Numbered from the stretch's first letter, positions 1-11,119 are shown. The stretch: DNA of 64,000 nucleotides from a bacterium (GCA_011388275.1 DSAB01000119.1:110045-174044); one strand, 5' to 3'. Numbers and translations are program-made. Notes: generated by a model not told the origin, from the letters alone.

Positions 1-1482
1 CAAAAGGCCCACTTCGTCAACAAGTGTCCTGACCAGTTCATTCGGTGATATTTGATTTTTAAGATTTATGTATTTTCGGATCAATTCAACAAAGGCCAGA
101 ATGTTTTTTACCGCACGCGTGCCAATTCCGGGCACTTTGTCAATGATCTGCAATACATCGAAGATATGCATATTCCGTTCTGCGGCGAATTCGACAATGC
201 GTTTCCAGGAAACTTCTCCGATGCCTCTTGTCGGAAAATTGACAACACGGTGAAGGCTGACCGAATCGCTTGTATTCACAATGAGCTTCAGATAGGCTAA
301 AACGTCTTTGACCTCTTTTCGGTCATAAAATCGGACACCTCCGACAATCACATATGAAAGACCGTTTCTTCGCATTCTATCTTCAATCGCACGAGACTGG
401 GCATTGGTTCGATACAGAATGGCAAACTGCTTGAAAATGCGCTTTCCTCGAAAAACCTCTTCCTTGATTTGTTCGACGATTTTCTGGGCTTCATCTATTT
501 CATCCATCGCTTCCAGAATTTCGATCTTCTCGCCTTCTTCTTTTTCGCTCCACAAACGCTTGCCTTTTCGGCCGGCATTTTTTTCAACCAGGGAATTGGC
601 GGCTCGCAGAATAAGCCGGGTCGAACGGTAATTCTGTTCGAGTCTGAAAACAGAGGCATCTCTAAAATGGGTTTCAAATTCGAGAATATTCTGTATGTCC
701 GCTCCTCGCCAGCGGTAAATGGATTGATCATCATCGCCCACTACGCACAGGTTTCGGTTCAGTTCCGCCAGTCTTTTTAAAAGAAGAAACTGAACACGGT
801 TGGTATCCTGGTATTCATCGACCATGATATAGTGAAAACGTTTCTGATAGTCAAGCAAAATCCCGGGACGGTCTTCGAAAATCCGCAGCGTCATCAGCAG
901 CAGGTCATCGAAATCAAATGCCTGATTCTTCCTGAGAGACGATTCATAAACAGGATAGATACCGGCGACAGCCTGTTCAAATGCAGAAGAAGCGTTACGT
1001 GAAAATTCCTCCGGTAATATCATTCGGTTTTTGCAGCGACTGATAACAGAGGCAATCGATTTTGGCGTGAAGTCACGGAATGGAACAGCATCCTGATCCA
1101 TTATGGATTTGATGAGTCGCTGCTGATCGTCGGTGTCATAGATCACAAAATCTTTCGAGTAGGACAACGCCGAATGTTCCCGACGAAGAATTCTGGCGCA
1201 GATACTGTGAAAAGTTCCGATCCAGTACAGCGTCTGCACCCCGACCAATTTCTGAATCCGCTCTTTCATCTCCCGAGCGGCTTTATTGGTAAATGTCATG
1301 GCCAGTATATTTTGAGGGCCTGTTTTTCCGGTGCCCACCAGGTACGCATAGCGATAAGTTAAAACACGGGTTTTACCGCTTCCGGCCCCCGCCAGAACCA
1401 GTACCGGCCCCTCTGTCGTCTCAACCGCTCTTTGCTGCGCCTGATTCAGCTCGGACAGAAACTTTATCGAATCTGATTTCAC
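1..1482 (-). CDS. pcrA: ATP-dependent DNA helicase PcrA/UvrD (partial, runs off window start)
   Basis: Absent from the ORF track, presumably because it has no stop inside the window. Manual translation from GTG 1482 gives MKSDSIKFLSELNQAQQRAVETTEGPVLVLAGAGSGKTRVLT...ILAMTFTNKAAREMKERI, i.e. SF1A Q motif, Walker A and motif Ia. Confidence 0.93.
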   Translation of the reverse strand, partial: MKSDSIKFLSELNQAQQRAVETTEGPVLVLAGAGSGKTRVLTYRYAYLVGTGKTGPQNILAMTFTNKAAREMKERIQKLVGVQTLYWIGTFHSICARILRREHSALSYSKDFVIYDTDDQQRLIKSIMDQDAVPFRDFTPKSIASVISRCKNRMILPEEFSRNASSAFEQAVAGIYPVYESSLRKNQAFDFDDLLLMTLRIFEDRPGILLDYQKRFHYIMVDEYQDTNRVQFLLLKRLAELNRNLCVVGDDDQSIYRWRGADIQNILEFETHFRDASVFRLEQNYRSTRLILRAANSLVEKNAGRKGKRLWSEKEEGEKIEILEAMDEIDEAQKIVEQIKEEVFRGKRIFKQFAILYRTNAQSRAIEDRMRRNGLSYVIVGGVRFYDRKEVKDVLAYLKLIVNTSDSVSLHRVVNFPTRGIGEVSWKRIVEFAAERNMHIFDVLQIIDKVPGIGTRAVKNILAFVELIRKYINLKNQISPNELVRTLVDEVGLL

Positions 1483-1496
1483 GGTTTTTTCCGATT

Positions 1497-2573
1497 TCAG
1501 CGATTACGGCGAATGTCTCTTCTCAATCTGTCGAATCGATCTTTCGCCTTCTGATGCTCTTCGATGGTCCGGGAAAAAGTGTGAGACCCATCGCCATTGG
1601 CCACCATGTACAGATAATCATCGGAAGAGGGATACAATGCGGCCAGTATAGAGGCAAGCCCCGGGCTGTTTACCGGACTTGGTGGAAGCCCTCGGTATAA
1701 ATATGTATTATACGGCGATTGAATCTGTAAATCTTTATACAAGAGGCGTCTCGGTCCATCGTGAATGATGTATTGAATGGTCGGGTCCGCCTGAAGACGC
1801 ATTCCTTTTTGCAGCCGGTTATGATACAGAGCGGATATCACAGCCCTTTCCGAACCGATAACGGCTTCTCCTTCGATAATGGAAGCCAATGTCATCACTT
1901 CATGAATCGTCATACCCAAACTCCGGGCTCTTTCCAGCAAAGAATCATGAATAACACTCCGATACCGGTTGACCATCTTTGTCAAAGCCGATTCAGGTGT
2001 TTCGTTGAGCATGAAATAATAGGTATCCGGAAACAGATACCCCTCCAATGAGGGGGCATCCACTTTCAGTTGACGACAAAACTGTTCATTGTTTATCCGT
2101 TCCATCAGAGTGGTTGAATCAATATGCAAATGTTGTTTCAACAACGACACAACATTCTCTGCACGCAGACCCTCAGGGATGGTAAGTGTAAGGGTCATCA
2201 CATTTCCCCTGGTGAGCCGGCGAAGAACTTTCCAATAAGACACTTGACCTTCAAATAAATAATGACCGGCCTTGAGCTGGTGGCCCCATCCCATGAATTT
2301 AGCCATAATCATAAAAGTCCGGGGATGTTGAATGATCCGCAATTCCCCCAGTTCTCTGGCAATAGAGGTTAAAGTCATACCCCTCTGAATGTCCACGATG
2401 ATTTTTTCATCGGAAGGAATATCCCATCGTCGGTTAATATACAGGGCGAAAACAATCAGAGCCATCAGGGTCAGTCCGGTAATAAACAAACCGGCCAGCC
2501 GTTCCAGATTCCGGTGTTTTATCTGCTTGAGTTGTTTCGCCAATTGATTTAGAAAATTCGCTTCGCCTGGCAT
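1497..2573 (-). CDS. mltG: Endolytic transglycosylase MltG
   Basis: N-terminal TM helix; IPEG, LEGYLFPDTY, LASIIEGE, LQADPT, SPYNTY..GLPP motifs. Confidence 0.95.
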   Translation of the reverse strand: MPGEANFLNQLAKQLKQIKHRNLERLAGLFITGLTLMALIVFALYINRRWDIPSDEKIIVDIQRGMTLTSIARELGELRIIQHPRTFMIMAKFMGWGHQLKAGHYLFEGQVSYWKVLRRLTRGNVMTLTLTIPEGLRAENVVSLLKQHLHIDSTTLMERINNEQFCRQLKVDAPSLEGYLFPDTYYFMLNETPESALTKMVNRYRSVIHDSLLERARSLGMTIHEVMTLASIIEGEAVIGSERAVISALYHNRLQKGMRLQADPTIQYIIHDGPRRLLYKDLQIQSPYNTYLYRGLPPSPVNSPGLASILAALYPSSDDYLYMVANGDGSHTFSRTIEEHQKAKDRFDRLRRDIRRNR

Positions 2574-2706
2574 AAGAAGGTTCGACTCCGCATTCTGGCT
2601 TTTATTCCCATTGTCATGTCAGTATACAGATATAGTAAAATGGCCCTTCAGAGTCAGGGCCGAAGATCCTGTTTGAGCACTTTATCATTTTCTAAATCAC
2701 TGGTTT

Positions 2707-2735
2707 AATGTAAGATTTTCACGGTCTTTTGTCAA
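2707..2735 (-). promoter_or_regulatory. sigma70-type promoter for mltG-pcrA
   Basis: TTGACA-17 nt-TACATT on the minus strand. Confidence 0.65.
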
Positions 2736-2763
2736 CCGGTTTATTGGAAATTTGACCGATTGT

Positions 2764-3960
2764 TCAGTTCGTTTTTCCTCTCAAAACGATGCACTCTCCG
2801 TATTTATTTTTCAGTTTATCCATTGCCCTGTTTATTTTTTCTTGCTTGTCATCCTTAAACAGATCGGTTTGATCTCCATCTGTCCGCGATAGTTGAGTCA
2901 TGCCCACTCCCAAGAGCCGTATCGGTCGAGTAGAATGATTATTTTCAAACAACTTTTGTACTGTTTGGTAAATTGTATCCGTTGCATCCGTTGGAAAAAC
3001 CAGTGTATGATGTTTTGTCCACGTTGTAAAATCGCAATCACGAATCTTCAATACCACGGTTTTTCCTTTTATACGGTGAGAACGCATACGAAATGCAACC
3101 TTCTCGGAAAGCCACAAGAGAATATTCAGGCAGCATAACCGATCCGATTCGTCCTTTTCAAACGTGATTTCATTGGATATTGACTTGGCATTTCTTTCCG
3201 GAACAACCGGGCTGTCGTCTTCACCTCTGGACAAATGCTTTAAAACTTCTCCATGGCGTCCAAACCTGGACTTCAATTCCTCTATCGAAAACCGTGAAAG
3301 GTCTCCTATTGTCCTTATGTTCAGCTCGTTCAATTGTTTCTCGATCTTTGCTCCGACACCCCAAATCCTGCGAATTGGAAGAGGGTTCAGAAACTCACCT
3401 ATTCTATTGTGATCAACAACGACAAATCCATCCGGTTTCTTCAAGTCTGAGGCGATTTTTGCCAGGAGCTTGTTGGGAGCGATTCCAATAGAAGCGGTCA
3501 GCCCCTGTTCATGCCTTATCTCCGTTTTGATTCGCAGTCCGGTTTCTTCCGCACTCCCCATCAATCGCAGCGTTCCGGTCAGGTCAAGAAATGCTTCATC
3601 CAGACTCACCGTCTCCACAAGAGGTGTATAGCGTTTAAAAATCTCCATCAATTTACGGCTTACGGAAACATAATAATCCATACGAACCGGCATAAACACG
3701 GCATGGGGACATAACCGGAAAGCCCTGGAAATAGGCTGGGCTGAATGGATACCGTACTTTCTGGCTTCATACGAAGCCGCACATACCACACCCCTGCCTT
3801 GTCCCTCTTTGGGATCAGCCCCGATGACAACCGGTTTCCCTTGCAATTCTGAATGATCTCTTTGTTCAACAGACGCATAAAAAGCATCCATATCCACATG
3901 GATAATAATCCTTTGAATAGGAAGTCGCGGTGATTTAATTGGATTAATGGAATTGCTCAT
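2764..3960 (-). CDS. dinB: DNA polymerase IV (Y family)
   Basis: IIHVDMDAFYASVEQ, ASYEAR, SLDEAFLD, AKIASD..KPDG motifs. Confidence 0.96.
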   Translation of the reverse strand: MSNSINPIKSPRLPIQRIIIHVDMDAFYASVEQRDHSELQGKPVVIGADPKEGQGRGVVCAASYEARKYGIHSAQPISRAFRLCPHAVFMPVRMDYYVSVSRKLMEIFKRYTPLVETVSLDEAFLDLTGTLRLMGSAEETGLRIKTEIRHEQGLTASIGIAPNKLLAKIASDLKKPDGFVVVDHNRIGEFLNPLPIRRIWGVGAKIEKQLNELNIRTIGDLSRFSIEELKSRFGRHGEVLKHLSRGEDDSPVVPERNAKSISNEITFEKDESDRLCCLNILLWLSEKVAFRMRSHRIKGKTVVLKIRDCDFTTWTKHHTLVFPTDATDTIYQTVQKLFENNHSTRPIRLLGVGMTQLSRTDGDQTDLFKDDKQEKINRAMDKLKNKYGECIVLRGKTN

Positions 3961-4387
3961 CGAAGAAATCGGTTAAAATCTGTTTATGATCGAATGCCAG
4001 TGGCGAGGGTAAATGTCTTCGATCGAACCAACCCAAATCGGCCGCGTCATCGGAAGCTTTCGATTCACCCCGAGCCTCAGCCGTATACACCACGGAAATC
4101 GTATGAAAACGTGGATCTCTGTCCGGTTTGGAGTACACACCCAATAAGCGCAGATTATAAACCTCCAGCTTCGTCTCCTCACGGGCTTCCCGGACAGCCG
4201 CTTTTTCTGCGGACTCGCCATAATCGATAAAACCGCCGGGGAGTGCCCAGCCGTATGGAAAATTCTTTCTTTGAATCAGTAGAATCCGGTTATTCCTTTG
4301 AATAAGGATATCCACTGTGGGAAGGGGGTTCTGATAAATTCGAACGTTTCCGCCGCAATGGGGGCATGTTTGTGTTTTTGATTTCAC
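3944..4387 (-). CDS. NUDIX hydrolase
   Basis: Nudix box GGFIDYGESAEKAAVREAREET; RDPRFH; N-terminal CPHC. Confidence 0.92.
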   Translation of the reverse strand: MKSKTQTCPHCGGNVRIYQNPLPTVDILIQRNNRILLIQRKNFPYGWALPGGFIDYGESAEKAAVREAREETKLEVYNLRLLGVYSKPDRDPRFHTISVVYTAEARGESKASDDAADLGWFDRRHLPSPLAFDHKQILTDFFDEQFH

Positions 4388-4401
4388 AACGCCTATCCGA
4401 T

Positions 4402-4875
4402 TTATTTGTGATATTTCTCACCCCGGATCAGGGTAAAACTTCGATAGAGTTGCTCCAGAAGAATCACGGGGACCATTTCATGTGGAAAGGTCATTTTCGA
4501 AAGGGAGAAACAATAATCACTGCGTTTAATGACCCTTTCCCCCAATCCGACGGCTCCTCCGACAATCCAAACCGATCGCTTAACGGAACGATTCAACCAT
4601 TCCTGAATTCGATCGGCCAATTCAAGCGAACTCCATGACTCGCCTTTTCGGTCCAGAGCGATGACTACGCAGTTAGATTCAGGCAAGACACGAAGTATGC
4701 GATCCGCTTCCTCTTGAAGAACTCTCTGCGTATCCGTCGATGGCTTGATTGGAGCCGGGAGGACTGATTTACTTTCAACCGCTGAGTAATGACGCAATCT
4801 TTGGATATAATGGTTTTCACCTTCCAGGAAACAGGCAGTTTTGGTTGTGCCGACCGTGATCAGAGAGATTTTCAT
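4402..4875 (-). CDS. rlmH: 23S rRNA (pseudouridine1915-N3)-methyltransferase RlmH
   Basis: SLSKMTFPHE..LLEQLYR..GEKYHK SPOUT signature. Confidence 0.95.
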   Translation of the reverse strand: MKISLITVGTTKTACFLEGENHYIQRLRHYSAVESKSVLPAPIKPSTDTQRVLQEEADRILRVLPESNCVVIALDRKGESWSSLELADRIQEWLNRSVKRSVWIVGGAVGLGERVIKRSDYCFSLSKMTFPHEMVPVILLEQLYRSFTLIRGEKYHK

Positions 4876-5315
4876 GAAATCCGGTTCTCCCGTTCCTGAT
4901 CGCTGCTTTGGAAATCACGTTCTCTTGGAATGTCCTCATCAATGATTTGAAGAAGATCTTTCAGGTCTTGCTGCAGAGACTTTATGGCGTCGTGCCATTC
5001 GGTTGTGTCACTCTTCTTTTTCTCTGGTTGAGTGTGTACATCCGGATTTTTTAATACCTGATTGATGTCATCATCGCCGAGCCCTTGATTCATAAATTTA
5101 TTTATGGTACAAACCAGCTCCATATCCGAGGGTCTGTACAGGCGTCTTCCTGTTTTGCTTTTTGACGGCCGTAAAGCGGGAAATCGTGCTTCCCAATCTC
5201 TTAGCTCCTGTGAATCCCTTCCTGTTAAACGGGATAATTCTCTGGATGAATAGTAAAGCCTTCTTATGGGCGGTCCGTTGAGTTCAGATTTTTTCACCAC
5301 GTCCTCCCCAGACAC
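4872..5315 (-). CDS. MerR-family HTH protein
   Basis: YYS..ELSRLTG....LRDWE..FP.LRP.K...GRRLY MerR-type wHTH followed by a coiled-coil tail. Confidence 0.8.
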   Translation of the reverse strand: MSGEDVVKKSELNGPPIRRLYYSSRELSRLTGRDSQELRDWEARFPALRPSKSKTGRRLYRPSDMELVCTINKFMNQGLGDDDINQVLKNPDVHTQPEKKKSDTTEWHDAIKSLQQDLKDLLQIIDEDIPRERDFQSSDQERENRIS

Positions 5316-5358
5316 AGAACCAAAGATGAACAGAGTTGATCCGTATTGATTTATCGGA

Positions 5359-6153
5359 TCATCTTTTCCGCAGAAAACCGTTTTTCACCCATACCGTGCC
5401 GCTGGAAAATTCATTGATGAGTTTCAGTTTCCACATTTCCGGCACGATGAATCTCCCTCCCATTTTTGCCTTTAGACTGTTGATCCCATCAAAAAGATAA
5501 TAAGCTTTTCGCTGCAAAACAAATGATTCATGAATATAATCATGATTTTTTTTTATCAAAGCACATCCGCAAATATATCCTTCTTCCTGGCAACTATCGA
5601 TAACACGTTGATTATACCGGCCAAATGGAAATGAGATAAACCGTATCTTATTATTCAATCCGTCTTCGAGAATGCATTTGGAAACTCTTATTTCACGTAT
5701 CAATTCTTTCAGTGTCAACCGGGTCAAATCCACATGACAACAACCATGAGAGCCGATTTCCCAGCCCATGGAATGCAGCTGCCGTATCTGCTCCCAGCTG
5801 AGATGCCTGAACCGTTTCCCCCCTAAATTCACATCCCATGTATTCTCCCGGCCTATATATCCTGCAATTACGAACACAGTTCCGGTAAAACCCAGTTCCT
5901 GCATAGGCGGTACCGCGTGATCCATTATGTTTTCATAGGCATCATCAAATGTCAGTGTCACAGCAGGACCGACAGGGATCTTGTTTTCAGTCAGTTTCTC
6001 AAGCGGCAGACTCGTATAGGCATTATCAGACAGGTATCGGATGACTCGTTGAAACCGGTGTGGAGTCACCCGGGTGATTCCCCATTCAAATCGATCATCG
6101 ACTTTATGAAAGGCCAGAATAGGATGATGATTCCTTGATTTCGTTTCCGACAT
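5359..6153 (-). CDS. Polysaccharide deacetylase (NodB/CE4)
   Basis: LTFDDAY, EIGSHG..H, SFPFG motifs. Confidence 0.9.
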   Translation of the reverse strand: MSETKSRNHHPILAFHKVDDRFEWGITRVTPHRFQRVIRYLSDNAYTSLPLEKLTENKIPVGPAVTLTFDDAYENIMDHAVPPMQELGFTGTVFVIAGYIGRENTWDVNLGGKRFRHLSWEQIRQLHSMGWEIGSHGCCHVDLTRLTLKELIREIRVSKCILEDGLNNKIRFISFPFGRYNQRVIDSCQEEGYICGCALIKKNHDYIHESFVLQRKAYYLFDGINSLKAKMGGRFIVPEMWKLKLINEFSSGTVWVKNGFLRKR

Positions 6154-6156
6154 AAT

Positions 6157-7350
6157 CTATCCAGGGTAAGCATTCAAACCTTTTTCAAGAATATCCATAG
6201 ATCGGTTCAAAGCCTGAGAGTTGAGTACATAGGCGATTCGAGCCTCCCTCATTCCACGTCCGGGAGTTGCGTAGAAACCCGGCCCAGGCGCTATCATTAC
6301 GGTTTCATTCTGGTCATGAAAATCCGTCAGCATCCATCGGCAGAAATCTTCGATATCCTTCACCGGAAAGGTGACCATCATGTAAAAGGCCCCCTCTGGC
6401 TTGACGCATTTTACGCCTTGAATCTTCGAAAGTCTTTGAAAAAGCGTATCCCTGCGTTCACGGTATTCCTCAAGCATGTCCGAAAAGTAGCGTTCACCGG
6501 TTTTGACCAACGCCATGGCCCCGATCTGCTCCAAAGTCGGCGGACAAAGACGTGCCTGCCCGAATTTAAGAACGGTTTTCATGATTTCTTTATTTTTACT
6601 GACTATGCATCCCACACGGGCACCACACGCGCTGTAACGTTTGGACAGACTGTCCACCAGAATGGCATTTTCACTGATTTCTGAAAATTCCATTATGGAA
6701 ACATGTTTACCGGAAAAGCAAAACTCTCTGTATACTTCATCGGACAGTACAAATAATTGATTGTGCAAGGCAAAATCAGCCACGATTTTCATCTCCTCTC
6801 GAGTGAGAACCGTGCCTGTCGGGTTGTTCGGCGAGCAGATTATTATCGCGCGGGAGCGCGTTGTAAGGCATTGCTCCAGTTTTTGAATCGAAGGCAGCCT
6901 GTATCCGTTCTCGGGATCCGTCCCCACAGGAATCAGGCGGATTCCGGCCATATGCGCGAATCCGTTGTAATTGGGATAGAACGGTTCAGGAACAATGATC
7001 TCATCCCCTGGCGAAGCCGCGGCCATCATTGCAAATAAAACGGCTTCACTTCCCGCTGTGGAGATCATGCAGTCTTTTGGTTCCACTTCAATTCCGTTTT
7101 TGCGGTAATAATCGGCCATGGTCTTCAGAAATTCGGGAAGTCCGTTGGAAGGTCCATAGGCCAGAACCTTTTGTTCAAACGATTGCAGGGCCTGGAAAAA
7201 TTCATTTGGAGTGGGTATATCAGGCTGACCGATATTCAAATGATAGATATGCACTCCATGTGCTTTTGCCGCATCAGCATGAACGGCCAGTTTTCTTATG
7301 GGAGATTCGGGCGTGGATTTCCCGCGAAGAGAAATATCAGGAGACTTCAT
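6157..7350 (-). CDS. PLP-dependent aminotransferase class I (aspartate aminotransferase-like)
   Basis: LNIGQPD, PNNPTG, SDEVY, DSLSKRYSACGARVG. Confidence 0.92.
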   Translation of the reverse strand: MKSPDISLRGKSTPESPIRKLAVHADAAKAHGVHIYHLNIGQPDIPTPNEFFQALQSFEQKVLAYGPSNGLPEFLKTMADYYRKNGIEVEPKDCMISTAGSEAVLFAMMAAASPGDEIIVPEPFYPNYNGFAHMAGIRLIPVGTDPENGYRLPSIQKLEQCLTTRSRAIIICSPNNPTGTVLTREEMKIVADFALHNQLFVLSDEVYREFCFSGKHVSIMEFSEISENAILVDSLSKRYSACGARVGCIVSKNKEIMKTVLKFGQARLCPPTLEQIGAMALVKTGERYFSDMLEEYRERRDTLFQRLSKIQGVKCVKPEGAFYMMVTFPVKDIEDFCRWMLTDFHDQNETVMIAPGPGFYATPGRGMREARIAYVLNSQALNRSMDILEKGLNAYPG

Positions 7351-7367
7351 GAGAGCTTCCTCCTAAA

Positions 7368-8606
7368 TCATGCTGCGGTTTCGGAAATCAGAAGTGATTC
7401 ATGGATACTCTGTTCCTCAAACAATTCTCGAGCCGTTTTCTGAATTATTACAGGAGTGATACTATTGAACCGGGCAATCGTTTCTTCCATCATCGGCACC
7501 GGTTGATCGTACAGGGCGAATCGAGCCAGTCGATCCATGCGATAGTTGACATCTTCATGAGCAAGAATCAAATGCCCCTCGATTCGTCGTTTGACCCGGT
7601 TCAATTCATCAACGGTTATGCTTTTTCGAGTCAGTTTATCGATCTCGGCGCGAATGCCCCTGATCACTTTTTCAGTATGTACCGGAGCCGTGCCTGCGTA
7701 GATTCCCAGGAGTCCCGAATCTTTCCAACACTCCAGAAATGTGTAAATCGAATAGACCCATCCCCTGTTTTCCCGCAGCTCCTGAAAAAGCCGGGAACTC
7801 ATTCCAACCCCTAATATTTGATTGATCAGAACCAACACATACCGTCTTTCATCAGCCATGGCAAAACCGGGAATGCCGATACAAAGATGGTTTTGTTGAA
7901 AGGGCATTTTGTCTTCACGGCGGATAGTCCCTCCAAATACAGGAGGTTCGACCTTTTTTTCGGAACCCGCGGGCACATCACTTAAATATTTCTTCGCCAG
8001 TTGGATCAAAGACTCGTGGTGCAGTTTTCCGGCGGCAGTCACCAGTATATTCTCTGCTGTGTAGTGTTCGGCCCTGTAGCGATCCAGATCCGAACGAAGC
8101 AGACGGCTGATACTGTCGGCAGTGCCCAGAATGGGCCTGCCCAAAGAGTGTTTCCCAAAAACTGTACGAATCAATATATCCTGAACAAGGTCTTCGGGTG
8201 AATCATATAGACTGTGAATCTCTTCCAAAACAACGGTCTTTTCCTTTCGAATGGCAGACGGTTTCAGCGTGGCGTTTAATACCAGATCGGACAACACTTC
8301 AAACGCCTCATGCATATGATCCGGCATTGTCCAGGAATGAAAAGCGATCGTCTCCTTTTCTGTAAAGGCGTTTAAGTGTCCGCCCAGACTTTCAAGGCTG
8401 ATCGCAATATCACGGGCATCGCGCGTTTGCGTACCGGTAAAAACCATGTGTTCGAGAAAATGTGAAATGCCGTTTTGCGTATCCAATTCATAACGGGATC
8501 CCGCCTTTATCCATATTCCCAGTGCGACTGAATTCGAACCCGGTACACACTGAGACAACACACGAATCCCATTGTTCAGTAATGTCTCATCAACCCTGAA
8601 AAACAT
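7368..8606 (-). CDS. M16 family zinc peptidase
   Basis: Inverzincin HFLEH motif, LNAFT, GMSSRLFQELRE; typical pnp neighbour. Confidence 0.93.
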   Translation of the reverse strand: MFFRVDETLLNNGIRVLSQCVPGSNSVALGIWIKAGSRYELDTQNGISHFLEHMVFTGTQTRDARDIAISLESLGGHLNAFTEKETIAFHSWTMPDHMHEAFEVLSDLVLNATLKPSAIRKEKTVVLEEIHSLYDSPEDLVQDILIRTVFGKHSLGRPILGTADSISRLLRSDLDRYRAEHYTAENILVTAAGKLHHESLIQLAKKYLSDVPAGSEKKVEPPVFGGTIRREDKMPFQQNHLCIGIPGFAMADERRYVLVLINQILGVGMSSRLFQELRENRGWVYSIYTFLECWKDSGLLGIYAGTAPVHTEKVIRGIRAEIDKLTRKSITVDELNRVKRRIEGHLILAHEDVNYRMDRLARFALYDQPVPMMEETIARFNSITPVIIQKTARELFEEQSIHESLLISETAA

Positions 8607-8613
8607 GTCCGAC

Positions 8614-10704
8614 TCATCTCTCGCTGTCGGTTTTTTGCAGTACCTTGTGACTCAGATCCAGCTTGCCCTCTGGATTAATCTTCATTAATTTAACTTCAAT
8701 TTCCTGCCCGACACGAAGATGATCTTCGACACGGTTGACGCGATGCGGCGCGATCTCGGATATATGCAGCAGGCCCTCTTTGCCGGGCAGAATTTCAATG
8801 AAAGCACCGAAATTCGTGATTTTTTTTACTTTGCCCTTATAAACCTTTCCGATCTCCGGCTTTTGGACAATGCTTTTGATCAGCTCCATGGCTGCCATGC
8901 AGGACTGTTGATCCGCTGAAGCGATTTGAATCGTTCCGTCATCTTCAATATTGACTTCCGCGCCGGTTTTATCGACTATTTCCCGAATCATCTTTCCGCC
9001 CGGACCGATAACCGCGCCGATATCGTCGATGTCGATCTTCATGCTGAAAATACGGGGCGCATACGGAGAAATATCATCCTTGTGTATTTTAATCACGCTG
9101 TCCATGATATCCAGAATCTTCAATCGGGCTTTTTGGGCCTTGTCCAAAGCCTGCCTCAGAAGATCCGAGCTGATTCCTTCTATCTTTATATCCATCTGAA
9201 AAGAGGTAATTCCCGAACGGGTGCCGGCCACCTTGAAATCCATATCTCCCAGATGATCTTCATCACCCAGAATATCCGTCAAAACGGCAACCTGATCTTT
9301 TTCCTTGATCAAACCCATGGCAACACCGGCGACAGCCGATTTGACCGGTACACCCGCGTCCATCAGCGCGAGACTGCCTGCGCATACGGTCGCCATGGAT
9401 GAGGATCCATTGGATTCCAGAATATCAGATACAATCCGTATGGTGTACGGGAACACTTCATCCGCGGGTATAACGGGTTTGAGAGCCCTTTCCGCCAGAT
9501 TTCCATGTCCCACTTCTCTTCGGCTGGTGCCGCGGAAAAAACGAACTTCGCCAACGCTGAAAGGCGGAAAATTATAATGCAACATATAACTCTTCCACGA
9601 TTCGCCTTCGAGATTCTCGATCTTCTGCTCGTCTACACGGGTCCCGAGCGTCACGACCGTCAGACTCTGGGTTTCACCCCGTGTAAAGAGGGCCGACCCA
9701 TGGGTTCTGGGCAGCACTCCAATTTGGCAGTCGATTGTTCTGATATCGTCGTAACCACGATTTCCGATACGTCTTTTTTCGTCCAGAACCATTTTCCGGA
9801 CCAGCTCCTTTTCCACCTCGTGGATAGTCTCCTCAATGAATATTTCCTGACCGGGATAATCTTCGGCCACAGAGTCGAAAATAACCCGTTTCAGGTTTTC
9901 AAAGGCCTCACGCCGCTCCATTTTGGGATGTATTTCCAGAACCTCAGGAAGCTTCCTGATTGCAATCTCCCGAACTTTCTGAACAAGCCCGGTGTCGACT
10001 TCAATAGGGAGAAGGGGGCGTTTGGAGCGTCCCGCTTCTTTTATGAGTTCATTCTGAAGTGCGATAATTTTCTTGATGGCTTCATGCCCGAATTCCAGAC
10101 TTTCAACCATATCCTCTTCACTGATCTCACGGGATTCGCCCTCAACCATGGCCAGTGCCTGTTCTGAAGCGGCAACCACGACATTCATATCGCCTTTTGT
10201 CAGATCCGAAAAAGAGGCGTTTAAAACATACCGTTCATCAACGCGGCCGACCCGAACAGCAGCAATCGGCCCCTGAAAGGGAATATCCGAAATAGACAGC
10301 GCGGCGGAAGCACCGATAATTCCCAGCACATCGGCATCGTGCTCCCTGTCCGAGGAAAGAACCGTTACCACTATCTGCACTTCATACATAAACTCCATGG
10401 GCAGAAGGGGACGAATCGGACGGTCTATCAGCCTCGCGCTGAGAATCTCCTTCTCCTGAGGTCTGCCTTCGCGTTTGAAAAAACCGCCCGGAATCTTACC
10501 GATGGCATAGGTCTTTTCTCTGTATTCAACCGAGAGAGGAAAGAATCCACGGTATTCCGCGGGTTTTCGGGAAGCCACGGCCGTAACCAAAACCACGGTA
10601 TCGCCGTACTGCACCACAACGGCACCATCCGCCTGACGGGCCAGTCTCCCTGTCTCAATCGTGAGTGTTTTGCCCTCAATCTCAATACTTTTCGAAATAA
10701 TCAT
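8614..10704 (-). CDS. pnp: Polyribonucleotide nucleotidyltransferase
   Basis: [39 protein letters not shown] and S1 domains. Confidence 0.98.
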   Translation of the reverse strand: MIISKSIEIEGKTLTIETGRLARQADGAVVVQYGDTVVLVTAVASRKPAEYRGFFPLSVEYREKTYAIGKIPGGFFKREGRPQEKEILSARLIDRPIRPLLPMEFMYEVQIVVTVLSSDREHDADVLGIIGASAALSISDIPFQGPIAAVRVGRVDERYVLNASFSDLTKGDMNVVVAASEQALAMVEGESREISEEDMVESLEFGHEAIKKIIALQNELIKEAGRSKRPLLPIEVDTGLVQKVREIAIRKLPEVLEIHPKMERREAFENLKRVIFDSVAEDYPGQEIFIEETIHEVEKELVRKMVLDEKRRIGNRGYDDIRTIDCQIGVLPRTHGSALFTRGETQSLTVVTLGTRVDEQKIENLEGESWKSYMLHYNFPPFSVGEVRFFRGTSRREVGHGNLAERALKPVIPADEVFPYTIRIVSDILESNGSSSMATVCAGSLALMDAGVPVKSAVAGVAMGLIKEKDQVAVLTDILGDEDHLGDMDFKVAGTRSGITSFQMDIKIEGISSDLLRQALDKAQKARLKILDIMDSVIKIHKDDISPYAPRIFSMKIDIDDIGAVIGPGGKMIREIVDKTGAEVNIEDDGTIQIASADQQSCMAAMELIKSIVQKPEIGKVYKGKVKKITNFGAFIEILPGKEGLLHISEIAPHRVNRVEDHLRVGQEIEVKLMKINPEGKLDLSHKVLQKTDSER

Positions 10705-10849
10705 TGAATCTTCTCCTAATGTAAGCAGGTCCGGCTATCCGTCCCGCATTTCGAATTCATGTCACCGTCTGTCATGAAACGGAGCCGATTGGCTGCATGA
10801 ATCCGTGATTCTTCGCAGCCTGAACAGTCTTCGGGAACAAACACGGCTG
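10705..10849 (-). promoter_or_regulatory. Structured rpsO-pnp intergenic leader
   Basis: Two minus-strand stem-loops: GGCTGC...GCAGCC, and a longer interrupted CGGCTCCGT/TTCATG...CATGAA/ACGGATAGCCG just before the AGGAGA SD. Confidence 0.45.
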
Positions 10850-11119
10850 TCAACGCCGAATTCCCAGTTCTTTGATCAGGGAGCGATACTGTTCCAGATC
10901 CTCATGAATCAGATAATCCAGTAATCTGCGCCGTTGCCCCACCAGCTTGAGCAGCCCGCGCCGGGAATGGTGATCCTTTTTATGAGTCTGAAAATGTTCG
11001 GTCAATTCTTTGATGCGCTCCGTCAACAGAGCGATCTGAACCGATGTATTTCCGGTATCCTGACTATCCTTTCCGTATTTTTCAATAAGTGCGACTTTCT
11101 CTTCTCTGGACAAGCCCAT
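10850..11119 (-). CDS. rpsO: 30S ribosomal protein S15
   Basis: [35 protein letters not shown]. Confidence 0.98.
   Translation of the reverse strand: MGLSREEKVALIEKYGKDSQDTGNTSVQIALLTERIKELTEHFQTHKKDHHSRRGLLKLVGQRRRLLDYLIHEDLEQYRSLIKELGIRR

Noticed and set aside
52-1362. Several plus-strand ORFs of 60-103 aa
   Set aside because: They are antisense shadows of the minus-strand pcrA/uvrD gene that the ORF track missed.
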